Shown: positions 15,641 to 28,145, counted from the stretch's first letter. The stretch is DNA of 64,000 nucleotides from Escherichia coli (GCF_013122565.1 NZ_CP053258.1); one strand, 5' to 3'. Numbers and translations: made by a program. Notes: a model not told the origin generated them from the letters alone.

Positions 15641-18463
15641 ATGGATAAGATCGAAGTTCGGGGCGCCCGCACCCATAATCTCAAAAACATCAACCTCGTT
15701 ATCCCCCGCGACAAGCTCATTGTCGTGACCGGGCTTTCGGGTTCTGGCAAATCCTCGCTCGCTTTCGACACCTTATATGCCGAAGGGCAGCGCCGTTACG
15801 TTGAATCCCTTTCCGCCTACGCGCGGCAGTTTCTGTCACTGATGGAAAAGCCGGACGTCGATCATATTGAGGGGCTTTCTCCTGCCATCTCAATTGAGCA
15901 GAAATCGACGTCTCATAACCCGCGTTCTACGGTGGGGACAATCACCGAAATCCACGACTATTTGCGTTTGTTGTTCGCCCGCGTTGGCGAGCCGCGCTGT
16001 CCGGACCACGACGTCCCGCTGGCGGCGCAAACCGTCAGCCAGATGGTGGATAACGTGCTGTCGCAGCCGGAAGGCAAGCGTCTGATGCTACTCGCGCCAA
16101 TCATTAAAGAGCGCAAAGGCGAACACACCAAAACGCTGGAGAACCTGGCAAGCCAGGGCTACATCCGTGCTCGTATTGATGGCGAAGTCTGCGATCTTTC
16201 CGATCCGCCAAAACTGGAACTGCAAAAGAAACATACCATTGAAGTGGTGGTTGATCGCTTCAAGGTGCGTGACGATCTTACCCAACGTCTTGCCGAGTCA
16301 TTTGAAACCGCGCTGGAGCTTTCCGGTGGTACCGCGGTAGTTGCGGATATGGACGACCCGAAAGCGGAAGAGCTGCTGTTCTCCGCCAACTTCGCCTGCC
16401 CAATTTGCGGCTACAGTATGCGTGAACTGGAGCCGCGACTGTTTTCATTTAACAACCCGGCAGGTGCCTGCCCGACCTGTGACGGCCTTGGCGTACAGCA
16501 ATATTTCGATCCTGACCGCGTGATCCAGAATCCGGAATTGTCGCTGGCAGGTGGTGCGATCCGTGGCTGGGATCGCCGCAACTTCTATTATTTCCAGATG
16601 CTGAAATCGCTGGCAGATCACTATAAGTTCGACGTCGAAGCGCCGTGGGGCAGCCTGAGCGCGAATGTGCATAAAGTGGTGTTGTACGGTTCTGGCAAAG
16701 AAAACATTGAATTCAAATACATGAACGATCGTGGCGATACCTCCATTCGTCGTCATCCGTTCGAAGGCGTGCTGCATAATATGGAGCGCCGCTATAAAGA
16801 GACGGAATCCAGCGCGGTACGCGAAGAATTAGCCAAGTTTATCAGTAATCGTCCGTGCACCAGCTGCGAAGGGACGCGTCTGCGTCGGGAAGCGCGCCAC
16901 GTGTATGTCGAGAATACGCCGCTGCCCGCTATCTCCGACATGAGCATTGGTCATGCGATGGAATTCTTCAACAATCTCAAACTCGCAGGTCAGCGGGCGA
17001 AGATTGCGGAAAAAATCCTTAAAGAGATCGGCGATCGTCTGAAATTCCTCGTTAACGTCGGCCTGAATTACCTGACACTTTCCCGCTCGGCAGAAACGCT
17101 TTCTGGCGGTGAAGCACAGCGTATCCGTCTGGCGAGCCAGATTGGTGCGGGCCTGGTTGGCGTTATGTATGTACTGGACGAGCCGTCTATCGGCCTGCAC
17201 CAGCGCGATAACGAGCGCCTGTTGGGTACGCTTATCCATCTGCGCGATCTCGGTAATACCGTGATTGTGGTGGAGCACGACGAAGACGCGATTCGCGCCG
17301 CTGACCATGTGATCGACATTGGCCCAGGCGCAGGTGTTCACGGCGGTGAAGTGGTCGCAGAAGGTCCGCTGGAAGCGATTATGGCGGTGCCGGAGTCGTT
17401 GACCGGACAGTACATGAGCGGTAAACGCAAGATTGAAGTACCGAAGAAACGCGTTCCGGCGAATCCGGAAAAAGTGCTGAAGCTGACAGGCGCACGCGGC
17501 AACAACCTGAAGGACGTGACGCTGACGCTGCCAGTCGGTCTGTTTACCTGCATCACCGGGGTTTCAGGTTCCGGTAAATCGACGCTGATTAACGACACGC
17601 TGTTCCCTATTGCCCAACGCCAGTTGAATGGTGCGACCATCGCCGAACCGGCACCGTATCGCGATATTCAGGGACTGGAGCATTTCGACAAAGTGATCGA
17701 TATCGACCAAAGCCCAATTGGTCGTACTCCGCGTTCTAACCCGGCGACCTATACCGGCGTGTTTACACCTGTGCGCGAACTGTTTGCGGGCGTACCGGAA
17801 TCCCGTGCGCGTGGTTATACGCCAGGACGTTTCAGCTTTAACGTCCGTGGCGGACGCTGCGAAGCCTGTCAGGGCGACGGTGTGATCAAAGTGGAGATGC
17901 ACTTCCTGCCGGACATTTACGTACCGTGCGACCAGTGTAAAGGTAAACGCTATAACCGTGAAACGCTGGAAATTAAGTACAAAGGCAAAACCATCCACGA
18001 AGTGCTGGATATGACCATCGAAGAGGCGCGTGAGTTCTTTGATGCCGTACCTGCACTGGCGCGTAAGCTGCAAACGTTGATGGACGTTGGCCTGACGTAC
18101 ATTCGCCTGGGGCAGTCCGCAACCACCCTTTCTGGTGGTGAAGCCCAGCGCGTGAAGCTGGCGCGTGAGCTGTCAAAACGCGGCACCGGGCAGACACTGT
18201 ATATTCTCGACGAGCCGACCACCGGTTTGCACTTCGCCGATATTCAGCAACTGCTCGACGTGCTGCATAAACTGCGCGATCAGGGCAATACCATTGTGGT
18301 AATTGAGCACAATCTCGACGTGATTAAAACCGCTGACTGGATTGTCGACCTGGGACCGGAAGGCGGCAGTGGCGGCGGCGAGATCCTCGTCTCCGGTACG
18401 CCAGAAACCGTCGCGGAGTGCGAAGCTTCGCATACGGCGCGCTTCCTCAAGCCGATGCTGTAA
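15641..18463 (+). CDS. uvrA: excinuclease ABC subunit A
   Basis: 940 aa; two ABC ATPase modules (GLSGSGKSS and GVSGSGKST) and zinc-finger cysteines. Confidence 0.95.
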   Translation: MDKIEVRGARTHNLKNINLVIPRDKLIVVTGLSGSGKSSLAFDTLYAEGQRRYVESLSAYARQFLSLMEKPDVDHIEGLSPAISIEQKSTSHNPRSTVGTITEIHDYLRLLFARVGEPRCPDHDVPLAAQTVSQMVDNVLSQPEGKRLMLLAPIIKERKGEHTKTLENLASQGYIRARIDGEVCDLSDPPKLELQKKHTIEVVVDRFKVRDDLTQRLAESFETALELSGGTAVVADMDDPKAEELLFSANFACPICGYSMRELEPRLFSFNNPAGACPTCDGLGVQQYFDPDRVIQNPELSLAGGAIRGWDRRNFYYFQMLKSLADHYKFDVEAPWGSLSANVHKVVLYGSGKENIEFKYMNDRGDTSIRRHPFEGVLHNMERRYKETESSAVREELAKFISNRPCTSCEGTRLRREARHVYVENTPLPAISDMSIGHAMEFFNNLKLAGQRAKIAEKILKEIGDRLKFLVNVGLNYLTLSRSAETLSGGEAQRIRLASQIGAGLVGVMYVLDEPSIGLHQRDNERLLGTLIHLRDLGNTVIVVEHDEDAIRAADHVIDIGPGAGVHGGEVVAEGPLEAIMAVPESLTGQYMSGKRKIEVPKKRVPANPEKVLKLTGARGNNLKDVTLTLPVGLFTCITGVSGSGKSTLINDTLFPIAQRQLNGATIAEPAPYRDIQGLEHFDKVIDIDQSPIGRTPRSNPATYTGVFTPVRELFAGVPESRARGYTPGRFSFNVRGGRCEACQGDGVIKVEMHFLPDIYVPCDQCKGKRYNRETLEIKYKGKTIHEVLDMTIEEAREFFDAVPALARKLQTLMDVGLTYIRLGQSATTLSGGEAQRVKLARELSKRGTGQTLYILDEPTTGLHFADIQQLLDVLHKLRDQGNTIVVIEHNLDVIKTADWIVDLGPEGGSGGGEILVSGTPETVAECEASHTARFLKPML

Positions 18464-18468
18464 TCGTT

Positions 18469-18496
18469 AAGGCCGCTTTCTGAGCGGCCTTTTCCT
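18469..18496. terminator. bidirectional intrinsic terminator between convergent uvrA and yjbR
   Basis: aaggccgct-ttctg-agcggcctt hairpin followed by T-rich tract. Confidence 0.5.
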
Positions 18497-18497
18497 T

Positions 18498-18854
18498 TCA
18501 GAGTTGCACCAGCAATTTACGTTTTTCTTCCGGTAGCAAATTCACCGCCTGCTGATAAGACGCATCCACCAGATAATAGATTTGCGAATCTGGCAGCGAA
18601 CCGTCGAGATACACGGTGCTCCAGTGCGCTTTATTCAGATGGCGGCTTGGACGCACATCGCTGTGCTGCTGACGTAGCAGCTCCGCCAGCTCCGGGCTGG
18701 TTTTCAGCGAAACAGCTGGGCGATTTTCTACTTCTTTCACCATCGCAAACAGTACATCTTCCACTTTGATCTGCGTCGCTTTCCAGTCGTTATGCACGCT
18801 CTGTTCTGCGCCTGGTTTTGCCATGCAATATTGTAGCAACTCCGAAATGGTCAT
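18498..18854 (-). CDS. yjbR: DUF419 protein YjbR
   Basis: 118-aa ORF in conserved position downstream of yjbQ. Confidence 0.85.
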   Translation of the reverse strand: MTISELLQYCMAKPGAEQSVHNDWKATQIKVEDVLFAMVKEVENRPAVSLKTSPELAELLRQQHSDVRPSRHLNKAHWSTVYLDGSLPDSQIYYLVDASYQQAVNLLPEEKRKLLVQL

Positions 18855-18857
18855 TTT

Positions 18858-19274
18858 TTACTCCCCTTGTAGTGTCGCGATGATGCGACGCGATCCGCCG
18901 TGGATGCGATGTTCCCCCAGCCAAATGCCTTGCCAGGTGCCGGTCTGAATACGCCCTTTATGCACCGGCAATACAAGCGATGTTCCCAGCATTGAGGATT
19001 TGATATGAGAAGGCATATCGTCTGCTCCCTCATAGTCATGCTCATAATTTCCGTTGTCGGGAACGGTGCGGAGGAAAAAACGCTCCATGTCGTGGCGTAC
19101 GGTGGGATCGCAGTTCTCATTAAGTGTCAGAGAGGCGGAGGTATGTTGCAGCAACAGATGCAGTAAGCCGATGTTAACGCGCGGCATATCAGCCAGCTGA
19201 TTCAGAATTTCATCCGTTACCAGATGAAACCCACGAGATTTGGCGCTAAGCGTGAGCGTCTTTTGATACCACAT
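18858..19274 (-). CDS. yjbQ: UPF0047 family protein YjbQ
   Basis: 138-aa ORF; conserved position beside aphA. Confidence 0.85.
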
Positions 19275-19384
19275 GTGCTGCTCCTTGATAAAACTCTCTT
19301 AATCAGTTTGCAGCAAGACAGCGAAAGGATAAAGGTGTGATTAAAAAAACAGCATTCGGGAGAGTGTCACGCTCTCCCGCTCTG

Positions 19385-20305
<921 letters not shown>

Positions 20306-20501
20306 TTAATTTTTCGTTTATTATGATGAATCCTCTGCAAATGAGCGAAATTTGATAGAACATTTATCTGCTGTACGATTTAATGAACTTAATGATACAG
20401 CATTACAAAAACAATCGAAGTTTATAAAGATGATTTCTGGTTGACCAGAACCCTACCATACAATGGTGACTAATTTTATTACTCCCGAAGGAGATGATGA
20501 T

Positions 20502-21005
20502 ATGAATATATCATATGTGAATAGCAACAAAACGACATCTTTACCTGTTGAGCTAGATGCACTAAATAATAAAGATATCTCTTATGCCAAAGATTTTTCT
20601 TATGCCAAAGATTTCTTTTTATATATAGAAATACAGTTAAAAATTGCAAAAGATTTTTGTAGACCTGGAGAAGAAGTATCAAGTTCTATTGCAAGTACAG
20701 TTTTTCACGCTTTTATTGATTTAGTTAACAAAATCAGGGGTAAGAAAGATTGTATGTATATTTGCACGCTTTGCTGTTTTGCCGAGGAGGTTAAAGGTGA
20801 TTATTCTCATTACAGGACCTTTTCATTTGATATTGGTAATCAATATAAGGTTAAACTTACACAAAGCGGAAAAAAAGAGCTCTCTTTAACTTTAGAATTT
20901 AACGATACTATAATTGAATCTCAGAAAGTCACAGGCAATAAGGCAAAGCATATTCTTGAGGATATAGAAAAATTCTATCGTAACAAACCCGATACTTATT
21001 ATTAA
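20502..21005 (+). CDS. hypothetical protein, AT-rich, with internal hexapeptide duplication
   Basis: ATG at 20502 preceded by gaaggag (167 aa); alternative in-frame ATG at 20463 (180 aa) lacks an RBS; no recognisable domain. Confidence 0.5.
   Translation: MNISYVNSNKTTSLPVELDALNNKDISYAKDFSYAKDFFLYIEIQLKIAKDFCRPGEEVSSSIASTVFHAFIDLVNKIRGKKDCMYICTLCCFAEEVKGDYSHYRTFSFDIGNQYKVKLTQSGKKELSLTLEFNDTIIESQKVTGNKAKHILEDIEKFYRNKPDTYY
20581..20616 (+). repeat. 18-bp tandem duplication inside the coding sequence (encodes SYAKDF twice)
   Basis: cttatgccaaagattttt followed by cttatgccaaagatttct, 17 of 18 identical. Confidence 0.8.
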
Positions 21006-21226
21006 ATTTAATAATGGTTAGATGTGCAGAAATTATTACTCCGCCCAAAAAAACAGGATAAGGAATTCCAGATAATGAGGATAATCTTAACAATAAAAGA
21101 ACTAACAACGTTTATTATCTCTCACGTAGAACGATGGCATCAAAAAAATCATCTATAAAGAAAGAGTGAAAGCGACGACAATTTAATTTCACTGCAGGCT
21201 GGGTAGCTCCAGCCTGCTTTCCTGCA

Positions 21227-22420
21227 TTACATCACCGCAGCAAACGCCTTTGCCACACGTTGTACATTTGCCGTATTTAACCCGGCGACACACATGCGAC
21301 CGCTGGCGATGAGATAGACACCAAATTCTTCACGTAGTCGGTCAACCTGAGCGACACTTAAACCGGTATAACTGAACATGCCGCGCTGATTAAGCAGATA
21401 ATCGAAATTGCGTTCTGGCATCTCTGTGCTTAATACCTTTACCAGTTCCTGACGCATTGCCAGGATGCGAGTACGCATCTCTTCTACTTCCGCCAGCCAG
21501 CTGGCTTTCAATGCCTCGTCATTCAGCACCGCAGCCACCACCTGCGCACCAAAATTCGGCGGGCTGGAGTAGTTGCGGCGAACTGTTGCTTTCAATTGCC
21601 CCAGTATGCGACCTGCAGCTTCGGCATCTTCACACAGAACAGAAAGTCCGCCAACGCGCTCGCCGTAAAGGGAGAAAATTTTCGAGAACGAATTGCTCAC
21701 CAGAGCGGGTAATCCAGCGCTGGCAATGGCACGAATGGCGTAGGCATCCTCTTCCATACCGGCACCAAATCCTTGATAGGCAATATCAAGAAATGGGATA
21801 AGCTCGCGGGCTTTGAGAATTTCAATCACCGCATCCCACTGGTCATTAGTGAGATCGGCACCCGTTGGGTTGTGGCAACATGGATGCAGCAACACAATAC
21901 TGCGGGCAGGTAATGTTTTCAGCGTCGCCAACAGGTCATTAAAGCGCACGCCGTTAGTCGCTTCGTCATACCAGGGGTAAGTACTTACTTCGAATCCAGC
22001 CCCGGCGAATATTGCTACGTGGTTTTCCCAGGTAGGATCGCTGACCCAGACGCCTGATTCCGGGAAGTAGCGTTTCAGGAAATCTGCGCCCACTTTCAAT
22101 GCCCCTGAGCCGCCAAGGGTTTGAATGATTGCTATGCGCTGTTGTTGCAGTACCGGATGGTCCGCACCAAACAGCAGCGGCGCAATAGCATGGCGATAGC
22201 TGTTAAGCCCTTCCATCGGTAAATAAAGCGAAGCGCCATGAGGCTGCGCATTCAGTCGCGCTTCCGCATCCGCCACGGCTTTCAGTTGTGGAATAATTCC
22301 GTCTTCGTTGTAGTACAGACCGATACTTAAATTCACTTTGTCGCTGCGAGAGTCTTCTTTAAAACGCTCCATAAGCGTAAGAATCGGGTCGCCAGCGTAG
22401 GCGTCAACTTTTTGAAACAC
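21227..22420 (-). CDS. tyrB: aromatic amino acid aminotransferase
   Basis: GTG at 22420 ([14 protein letters not shown]...) gives 397 aa; PLP-lysine region [16 protein letters not shown] ggag upstream; the track extension to 22462 is not supported. Confidence 0.9.
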   Translation of the reverse strand: MFQKVDAYAGDPILTLMERFKEDSRSDKVNLSIGLYYNEDGIIPQLKAVADAEARLNAQPHGASLYLPMEGLNSYRHAIAPLLFGADHPVLQQQRIAIIQTLGGSGALKVGADFLKRYFPESGVWVSDPTWENHVAIFAGAGFEVSTYPWYDEATNGVRFNDLLATLKTLPARSIVLLHPCCHNPTGADLTNDQWDAVIEILKARELIPFLDIAYQGFGAGMEEDAYAIRAIASAGLPALVSNSFSKIFSLYGERVGGLSVLCEDAEAAGRILGQLKATVRRNYSSPPNFGAQVVAAVLNDEALKASWLAEVEEMRTRILAMRQELVKVLSTEMPERNFDYLLNQRGMFSYTGLSVAQVDRLREEFGVYLIASGRMCVAGLNTANVQRVAKAFAAVM

Positions 22421-22501
22421 GCGATGGTTCTCCAGGTTTACGGGCAGGTGGTTAAAACACAATAAACCGGAAGAAGGCGAAGATCGAGTGGATGTTCAAA
22501 G

Positions 22502-23506
22502 TCAGTCAGGAAGTTGATGAAGAATTTGCCCCAGTCGATCTTGCAGCGAACCCGAAACCGAAAGATAAGGAATTTTCCTGCGCGATAATTCCTGTTCGTA
22601 CCACGCCTGCTGCCGCGCGCGAAAAGCCTCTCCTTGCCGGGTGCCATCCTGCACAAAGGGGAATTCCGCGCCGCAAAGCACTACCAGAGAGTATTGCCGC
22701 TCCGCCAGCTGGTGAAGTTCTTGCGGAGCATGACCATATTGATCAAGGGTATAGAACAAGGTCGTGAGTGGCGATGTGTCACATATAAGATAGCGATTAG
22801 CTTCTGCTTGTTGTTCCCGACTTACCTGTTCGCGGGCGATATGCAACAAATCGTCTGCGGTTAAAACGCCGTTTTTCTCTTCCCAATAGTCGCGACCAAA
22901 TTCAGCGACATACGCCGTATCGAGCACGTCCGCCAGCGCTTTTGAAAGTGTGCTCTTACCAGTTGATTCGCCACCAAGCAGACAGATACGGCGAACGAAA
23001 CTGCGATAAACGTCGTGCGCCAGCATGTAGCGATAGCGGTGAACGTCGGAACGAATCAGCGTTCCCGAAGGAGATTTATCGCCAAGTGGACGCTGTAATC
23101 GAACGTGTTCAACAGGTTGGGCAAAACGCTGTGCCAACACTTTAGCAAAACCGTCACCATAATCTTCTGCGGTAAATACAGCGTGTGGGCGGCAACGTAA
23201 TACGTGCAGGCACAGCGTCGCTACATAATGACGATGGATGTCCGCATCGGCATCGTTATGCGGTATGGCTGGTAAGTTATAACGCGCGATCAGTTCGGTA
23301 GTCAGTACCAGAACCGTCGCTCGTGGGAAGCGCACTTGCAGCCACATCAGGCGCTTTTCAGGTTCACAGTCAGGCATTTCCGGCACGGAATAACTGATGA
23401 TGAACAGTTCTTCACATTGTGCCAGCGCGGTATTAATCAACCGTTCATGACCACAATGCAAAGGCGCGAATTTGCCAACCACCAGTCCCGTTACGAAAGG
23501 CTTCAT
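22502..23506 (-). CDS. NadR-like bifunctional NMN adenylyltransferase / ribosylnicotinamide kinase without the N-terminal HTH domain
   Basis: ATG at 23506 overlaps the stop of the upstream pnuC-like gene (ATGA); N-terminal GKFAPLHCGHE nucleotidyltransferase HxGH motif; C-terminal GGESTGKST Walker A motif; about 334 aa versus about 410 for regulatory NadR. Confidence 0.7.
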   Translation of the reverse strand: MKPFVTGLVVGKFAPLHCGHERLINTALAQCEELFIISYSVPEMPDCEPEKRLMWLQVRFPRATVLVLTTELIARYNLPAIPHNDADADIHRHYVATLCLHVLRCRPHAVFTAEDYGDGFAKVLAQRFAQPVEHVRLQRPLGDKSPSGTLIRSDVHRYRYMLAHDVYRSFVRRICLLGGESTGKSTLSKALADVLDTAYVAEFGRDYWEEKNGVLTADDLLHIAREQVSREQQAEANRYLICDTSPLTTLFYTLDQYGHAPQELHQLAERQYSLVVLCGAEFPFVQDGTRQGEAFRARQQAWYEQELSRRKIPYLSVSGSLQDRLGQILHQLPD

Positions 23507-24060
23507 GATGCCCGCAGCTCCTTGCGCCACTGATACAAACCATGCCAGGCGTTAATCCAGAACAAGAAATATAAACCGGCGGTCAGGTTTAAACCGCGCG
23601 TCATATACAGAGGCACCGCCAGGGTATTCACCGCTAACCAGACGTACCAGTTTTCGATCCTTCTTCCCATCAACATGAATTGCGCCAGAACGCTGAAGGT
23701 CAAAATCAACGAATCCAGCCAGGGGGCCCAGGCATTGGTAAAGGTGTGGAGCAAAAAGCCGTAGCCGCCTGCCACGACAACGGCACAGAGTAACAAGAGG
23801 AAAAAGTGACTGGCTTGCGTCCGACGCACTGGCAAGACATCGCCACCCTGACCTTTCAGCCAGTGGATCCAACCGGTGATGCTGGTCGCGATGAAGAATA
23901 ACTGGAGCGTGACATCGGCATAGAGTTGCACGGACCAAAAAACCCAGCCATAAAGCATGCTACCAATTATGCCGATCCACCACGTATGCACATTGTTTCT
24001 GGCAGCCAGCCAGACGGAAACCGCGTATGCCAGACACGCGGCGATTTCTGAATAAGACAT
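23503..24060 (-). CDS. PnuC-family nicotinamide riboside transporter homolog
   Basis: 185-aa membrane protein; QLYADVTLQLFFIATSITGWIHW and ENWYVWLAVNTL segments resemble PnuC signature regions; strong SD gggaggg 4 nt before ATG. Confidence 0.7.
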   Translation of the reverse strand: MSYSEIAACLAYAVSVWLAARNNVHTWWIGIIGSMLYGWVFWSVQLYADVTLQLFFIATSITGWIHWLKGQGGDVLPVRRTQASHFFLLLLCAVVVAGGYGFLLHTFTNAWAPWLDSLILTFSVLAQFMLMGRRIENWYVWLAVNTLAVPLYMTRGLNLTAGLYFLFWINAWHGLYQWRKELRAS

Positions 24061-24082
24061 TGTCCCTCCCTGGAGACGGATA

Positions 24083-25162
24083 TTAATCCACGTATTTCAT
24101 CGCGACCCTTGAAGTCAGGCGCGTAATAAGTTCGTAAGCGCTTACTTTCGTCATTTCAGCGATACGTTCTACGGGCAAACCTTCACCCCATAAAATGACC
24201 GGGTCCCCGGCTTTGTCCTGCGCCTGTGGACCTAAGTCTACGCAGATCATATCCATCGCCACGCGCCCGACAATCGGCACTTCGCGACCGTTCACCAGCA
24301 CTGGCGTACCGGACGGCGCGGCGCGCGGATAACCATCGCCATAGCCCATCGCGACTACGCCAAGGCGGGTATCACGTTCGCTTACCCAGGTTCCACCATA
24401 ACCGACAGGTTCTCCGGCTTTATGCTCACGCACGGCAATCAGGCTGGAGGTTAGTGACATCACTGGCTGACAGCCAAAATCGGCACCGGTGGAGCGATCT
24501 TCCAGCGGCGAGACGCCATAAAGAATGATGCCCGGGCGCACCCAGTCAAAATGCGACTGTGGCCACAGCAGAATGCCACCCGATGCGGCAATGGAACGTT
24601 GACCTGGTTTGCCTTCGCAAAAGGTATTAAAGATAGCGAGTTGTTTCTCGGTTGCGCCACATTTTGGTTCATCCGCGCGCGCAAAATGGCTGACGATATT
24701 CACCGGCTGACGAACGTTTTTGCACTGGGTCAGGCGATGATAAAACGCCTCAGCCTGTTCCGGCCTTACGCCCAGACGGTGCATACCGGTATCGAGTTTC
24801 ATCCAGACGGTAACCGGCTCGTCCAGGCTAGCCTCTTCCAGCGCAGCCAGCTGTTCTTCGTTATGCACGGCGGTATGAAAATGTTGCGCAGAAATCGTCG
24901 GTAGATCTCTGGCATCAAAAAAGCCTTCGAGTAACAGTACAGGTTTGGTGATTCCCCCCGCACGCAGTCGCAGAGCTTCTTCGAGACGGGCTACGCCAAA
25001 GGCGTCAGCATCGGGGAGCGTTCGCGCGGTCTCAAGAAGACCGTGACCATAAGCGTTCGCTTTCACCACCGCAACCATTTTACTGGCAGGAGCCAGTTCA
25101 CGAAGACGTTGCAGGTTGTGTCGCAGAGCGCGGCGGTTAATCACAACAGTTGCCGCTTGCAT
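24083..25162 (-). CDS. alr: alanine racemase, biosynthetic
   Basis: 359 aa; PLP-lysine motif [10 protein letters not shown] near N-terminus. Confidence 0.95.
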
Positions 25163-25214
25163 TTGTGTTCCTTGATAAGTGTTTGCTTTAATTACCTAAT
25201 TCATAAAATAATTA

Positions 25215-26630
25215 TTATTCGTCGTCGTACTGCGGCCCCGCATAGTTGTCGAAGCGCGACCATTGACCGTTAAAGGTCAGGCGTACCGTCCCGATTGGGC
25301 CGTTACGTTGTTTACCGATAATAATTTCCGCGATGCCTTTTAAATCACTGTTTTCGTGATACACCTCATCACGATAGATAAACATGATCAAGTCCGCATC
25401 CTGCTCGATAGAGCCAGATTCACGCAGGTCGGAGTTGACCGGGCGTTTGTCGGCACGTTGTTCCAGAGAACGGTTCAACTGGGACAGCGCCACCACCGGC
25501 ACGTTCAGTTCTTTCGCCAGTGCTTTCAGCGAGCGGGAGATTTCTGCAATTTCCAGCGTACGGTTATCGGAAAGTGCCGGTACGCGCATCAGTTGCAGGT
25601 AGTCGATCATGATAAGCCCGATGCCGCCGTGTTCACGGGCAATACGGCGTGCGCGGGAACGCACTTCCGTTGGCGTCAGGCCGGAGGAGTCATCGATATA
25701 GATATTGCGTTTTTCGAGCAAAATACCCATGGTGCCGGAAATGCGCGCCCAGTCTTCATCATCGAGCTGCCCGGTACGGATTTTAGTCTGGTCAACGCGC
25801 GACAGCGACGCCAGAGAACGCATCATAATCTGTTCTGATGGCATCTCCAGCGAGAAGATAAGTACTGGTTTATCCTGCAACATCGCCGCGTTTTCGACGA
25901 GGTTCATCGCAAATGTGGTTTTACCCATCGACGGACGCGCGGCGACGATGATCAAATCCGACGGCTGCAAGCCAGCGGTTTTTTTGTTGAGATCGTCATA
26001 ACCGGTGTTTACTCCGGTAACGCCATCGTGTGGCTGCTGAAACAACTGCTCAATACGCGCCACGGTTGCGTCGAGCACATCGGCGATGTTCTTCGGCCCT
26101 TCGTCTTTGTTTGCACGACTTTCGGCAATTTTAAAGACGCGGGATTCAGCCAGGTCCAGCAGATCTTCGCTGGTACGCCCCTGCGGATCAAAACCGGCTT
26201 CGGCAATCTCATTCGCAACCGAGATCATCTCACGGACAACGGCACGTTCACGCACGATGTCCGCATAGGCACTGATGTTCGCCGCACTTGGCGTATTTTT
26301 GGACAGCTCTGCCAGATAAGCAAAACCACCGACGCTATCGAGTTGCCCCTGGCGTTCCAGCGATTCCGCAAGGGTAATCAGATCGATAGGACTACCGCTT
26401 TCCTGCAAACGCGCCATTTCAGTAAAGATATGACGGTGTGGGCGGGTGTAAAAATCGTCTGCTACCACACGCTCGGCTACATCATCCCAGCGTTCGTTAT
26501 CCAGCATTAAACCGCCCAACACCGACTGCTCCGCTTCGATCGAGTGCGGAGGCACTTTCAGCCCGGCAACTTGTGGATCGCGTTCGCGGGGTTCAGCCTG
26601 CTGTTTGTTGAAGGGTTTATTTCCTGCCAT
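25215..26630 (-). CDS. dnaB: replicative DNA helicase
   Basis: 471 aa; Walker A ARPSMGKTTFA; DnaB family motifs. Confidence 0.95.
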   Translation of the reverse strand: MAGNKPFNKQQAEPRERDPQVAGLKVPPHSIEAEQSVLGGLMLDNERWDDVAERVVADDFYTRPHRHIFTEMARLQESGSPIDLITLAESLERQGQLDSVGGFAYLAELSKNTPSAANISAYADIVRERAVVREMISVANEIAEAGFDPQGRTSEDLLDLAESRVFKIAESRANKDEGPKNIADVLDATVARIEQLFQQPHDGVTGVNTGYDDLNKKTAGLQPSDLIIVAARPSMGKTTFAMNLVENAAMLQDKPVLIFSLEMPSEQIMMRSLASLSRVDQTKIRTGQLDDEDWARISGTMGILLEKRNIYIDDSSGLTPTEVRSRARRIAREHGGIGLIMIDYLQLMRVPALSDNRTLEIAEISRSLKALAKELNVPVVALSQLNRSLEQRADKRPVNSDLRESGSIEQDADLIMFIYRDEVYHENSDLKGIAEIIIGKQRNGPIGTVRLTFNGQWSRFDNYAGPQYDDE

Positions 26631-26712
26631 AGTGAATGGAGTTACCGAGATAAAGAATGGGTCGAAACTTTACCATATGAAGCAGACCCTGACGATACGT
26701 TCTGGAGGACAC

Positions 26713-27696
26713 ATGGCAACACGAATTGAATTTCACAAGCACGGTGGCCCGGAAGTACTTCAAGCCGTAGAGTTCACTCCTGCCGATCCGGCGGAGAATG
26801 AAATCCAGGTCGAAAATAAAGCCATCGGCATCAATTTTATCGACACGTATATCCGCAGCGGCCTTTACCCGCCGCCATCACTACCCAGCGGATTAGGTAC
26901 CGAAGCGGCAGGCATCGTGAGTAAAGTCGGCAGTGGTGTAAAGCATATTAAGGCTGGCGATCGTGTAGTCTATGCGCAGTCGGCGTTAGGCGCTTACAGC
27001 TCTGTGCATAACATTAATGCGGATAAAGCGGCGATTCTGCCTGCGGCAATTTCTTTTGAGCAAGCTGCGGCATCCTTCCTGAAAGGCTTAACGGTTTATT
27101 ATCTGCTGCGCAAAACCTATGAAATTAAACCCGATGAACAGTTCCTGTTCCACGCAGCGGCTGGCGGCGTTGGCTTGATTGCCTGCCAGTGGGCAAAAGC
27201 TCTGGGCGCGAAACTTATCGGCACCGTAGGAACCGCGCAAAAAGCGCAGAGCGCGCTAAAAGCCGGCGCGTGGCAGGTTATTAACTATCGTGAAGAGAAT
27301 CTGGTCGAGCGATTGAAAGAGATCACCGGCGGTAAGAAAGTGCGCGTAGTGTACGATTCCGTGGGCAGAGACACCTGGGAACGGTCGCTGGATTGCCTGC
27401 AACGCCGCGGCTTAATGGTGAGTTTTGGCAACTCATCAGGTGCGGTTACCGGTGTGAACTTAGGCATTCTCAATCAAAAAGGCTCGTTGTATGTGACACG
27501 CCCTTCCCTGCAAGGCTATATCACCACGCGGGAGGAATTAACCGAGGCCAGTAATGAACTGTTCTCTTTGATTGCCAGCGGTGTGATTAAGGTCGATGTC
27601 GCCGAGCAGCAGAAATATCCGCTGAAGGATGCGCAGCGTGCGCATGAGATTCTGGAAAGCCGGGCGACGCAAGGTTCCAGCCTGTTGATTCCATAA
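26713..27696 (+). CDS. qorA: NADPH:quinone oxidoreductase (zeta-crystallin-like MDR family)
   Basis: ATG at 26713 preceded by ggagg gives 327 aa; AAGGVGLIACQ nucleotide-binding motif; the upstream in-frame extension overlaps dnaB. Confidence 0.9.
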   Translation: MATRIEFHKHGGPEVLQAVEFTPADPAENEIQVENKAIGINFIDTYIRSGLYPPPSLPSGLGTEAAGIVSKVGSGVKHIKAGDRVVYAQSALGAYSSVHNINADKAAILPAAISFEQAAASFLKGLTVYYLLRKTYEIKPDEQFLFHAAAGGVGLIACQWAKALGAKLIGTVGTAQKAQSALKAGAWQVINYREENLVERLKEITGGKKVRVVYDSVGRDTWERSLDCLQRRGLMVSFGNSSGAVTGVNLGILNQKGSLYVTRPSLQGYITTREELTEASNELFSLIASGVIKVDVAEQQKYPLKDAQRAHEILESRATQGSSLLIP

Positions 27697-27861
27697 AAGA
27701 AATAGGGCTTCCACCTGGGAAGCCCTTTCTTTTTATAGTTCGGCTGTATGTAGGGTACAGCACGATGAATCTGTTAGAGGCGCAATAGTGACAGATTTGA
27801 TTATCAATTCCTATTTTGTTCTAAGGATAAAACCTTAGGTTGTGATCATCCGCACAATCCC

Positions 27862-28104
27862 TTAGTAACGCCAGCGGTCATAACGCTGATATTTCGGCAC
27901 TTTTGGTGCTTTAATCGCCTTAATAACCCACACCACCGCAATCGCCAGTAGTAACCACGGCAGCAACTTAATCATCAATGCCAGCATACCGCCGAGGAAC
28001 ATAATGGCCGTCGCCACAACCAGCGCGGCGATAATGCCCAGCAACGAAACGCCGGTGACCATCAGCATGACAAAAAAGCCAATCACAAAAAGTAGTTCCA
28101 GCAT
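27862..28104 (-). CDS. pspG: phage shock protein G
   Basis: ATG at 28104 gives an 80-aa two-helix membrane protein (MLELLFVIGFF...); SD gggagag 5 nt upstream. Confidence 0.8.
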   Translation of the reverse strand: MLELLFVIGFFVMLMVTGVSLLGIIAALVVATAIMFLGGMLALMIKLLPWLLLAIAVVWVIKAIKAPKVPKYQRYDRWRY

Positions 28105-28129
28105 GATGCTCTCCCAAATATGAAATCTC

Positions 28130-28145
28130 TTGCTGGCATTACAAG
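28130..28145 (-). promoter_or_regulatory. candidate sigma-54 (-24/-12) promoter of pspG
   Basis: Reverse strand reads TGGCATGATTCTTGTA, resembling the TGGCAC-N5-TTG(C/T)A pattern of psp promoters; placed about 25-40 nt upstream of the pspG ATG. Confidence 0.35.

Noticed and set aside
22421-22462. Upstream in-frame extensions in the ORF track (tyrB to 22462, qorA from 26605, pspG to 28314, zur from 30917, plsB from 34454, ubiC to 38585, malK to 44285, malF from 45889, psiE to 48992, pgi to 55389, ssb to 15450)
   Set aside because: Internal start codons have good Shine-Dalgarno sequences and give the expected protein lengths; the extensions lack an RBS and often overlap the neighbouring gene
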